Below are positions 62,728-64,000 of a DNA stretch of 64,000 nt, piece after piece. The translations under genes were made by a program, and so were the position numbers. Each line of letters starts with the position of its first letter. Position 1 is the stretch's first letter. The notes below the pieces were generated by a model that had not been told where the DNA came from, made no database searches, and saw only the letters and a program-made list of their open reading frames with translations. This stretch comes from Paraspadella gotoi (lineage: Eukaryota > Animalia > Chaetognatha), in NCBI GenBank assembly GCA_051294375.1, contig CM119264.1:6223073-6287072 (forward strand). Reading direction: 5' to 3'.

Positions 62728-63596
62728 ATTTCAGGGTAAGTTCATCAGAGTTCATTTCGGTCCATCGAAGAGAATTGCCGGTGCTGACATCGAGACTTAC
62801 CTTTTGGAAAAGTCGCGCATCACTTTTCAGTTGGAGATAGAAAGGTTAGTGTTAGTTATCTGTCTCTCTCTCAGGCAAATTAGTCACTTCTCTTTTCTTT
62901 TTCAGGAACTACCACATTTTCTATCAACTCCTCTCACGCGCTTACCCAGATTACCATCAGATGCTCAAAGTGGACGAGGTTCCTCCGAATCCCGGTCTCT
63001 TCTATTTCATCGCGCAGGTCAGTTTTTGTTGGTCAAATTAATGTGATATGAAATAATGTAGAAATGTCACAAAGCTTAATAAATTTTAACTTTAATACGT
63101 ACATAGATTGTCCTAAAGTTTTGATAAAAAATAATGATAAGCTTCGTAGAAATTTGCCGCATAGTATTTTAATTTTACAAAAAAAATTTCAAAATAAAAT
63201 AAGTTGAAAACAAAAGGCTAAAGAATTAGTAATCAGACCTGACCTTCTGTTTCCTTTTAATTTCCACTCGCGGCGACATTTGCTTCGCTTTCGCTTCCAC
63301 TTCCGGCGCCGCTTTCAGGGCGTTCTCACGGTCGACCGGATGGACGACGCGGAGGAGATGCGCGCCACCGACAACGCCTTCGACATTTTGGGTGAGTCGT
63401 TCAAAGTTAATGGATTCGAAAGGTTTTCCGACATTCGCGAAAGGAATCCGATTCACTGGTTCGATCCTCCTTATCTTCTCAGGATTTACGGACGAAGAAA
63501 AACGCAACATGTACAAAGGAACTGGAGCCGTGATGTGGATGGGCAACGCCAAGTGGAAGCAGAAGGGAGAGCAGGCGGAGCCTGACGGAAAGATAG
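60866..63596 (+). CDS. Mhc: Striated-muscle-type myosin II heavy chain, N-terminal SH3-like and motor domain exons; continues past gap/window end
   Basis: Exons 60866-60961, 61127-61228, 61399-61471 ([12 protein letters not shown]), 61708-61788, 61853-61999, 62264-62394 (P-loop [14 protein letters not shown]), 62505-62609 ([29 protein letters not shown]), 62735-62844 (GKFIRVHF...YLLEKSR), 62906-63017 (NYHIFYQ), 63319-63391, 63483-63596. Confidence 0.95.
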
Positions 63597-64000
63597 GTGA
63601 AAGACAGCGGGAGCCGAAATGATCTGCCAAGTTATTTTTAGATTTGAAATTTTTGGGTTTAGGNNNNNNNNNNNNNNNNNNNNNNNNNNNNNNNNNNNNN
63701 NNNNNNNNNNNNNNNNNNNNNNNNNNNNNNNNNNNNNNNNNNNNNNNNNNNNNNNNNNNNNNNNNNNNNNNNNNNNNNNNNNNNNNNNNNNNNNNNNNNN
63801 NNNNNNNNNNNNNNNNNNNNNNNNNNNNNNNNNNNNNNNNNNNNNNNNNNNNNNNNNNNAAGCTGAAGGTTAATTTTGAATTTCTCATCGTTTGGTTTTT
63901 TTTTTCTGATTGATTGTTTGATTTATTAATTGCCTGATTCCTTCAAGGATTAATTGATTGTTCAATCGATTTTTTCATTGATCAATTTAAAAATTCATTT

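Overview
Eukaryotic (metazoan, probably lophotrochozoan invertebrate) draft-assembly DNA: AT-rich, microsatellite-rich, many N gaps. Three spliced genes can be reconstructed by hand: a DPP6/DPP10-like (DPP4-family, probably inactive) gene spread over ~13.8-52.6 kb on +, a complete 4-exon UBE2H on -, and the 5' part of a striated-type myosin II heavy chain on +. The DPP introns hold satellites, MITEs, a ~200-245 bp solo-LTR-like family with TGTGGC...GTTGCCATA ends, three minimal type I hammerhead ribozyme motifs in Penelope-like inverted repeats, and nested coding fragments (EamA/SLC35G-like, Kelch KLHDC1/2-like, a Pro/Gln/Leu repeat exon, an unknown protein). Two multi-kb inverted duplications of DPP exons, a T-depleted 3.5-kb block and exact 25-N gaps suggest much of 17.9-48.5 kb is noisy or chimeric long-read gap fill mixed with haplotype duplicates. 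Structural oddities there need raw-read validation. All homology calls are from remembered motifs; no searches were run.
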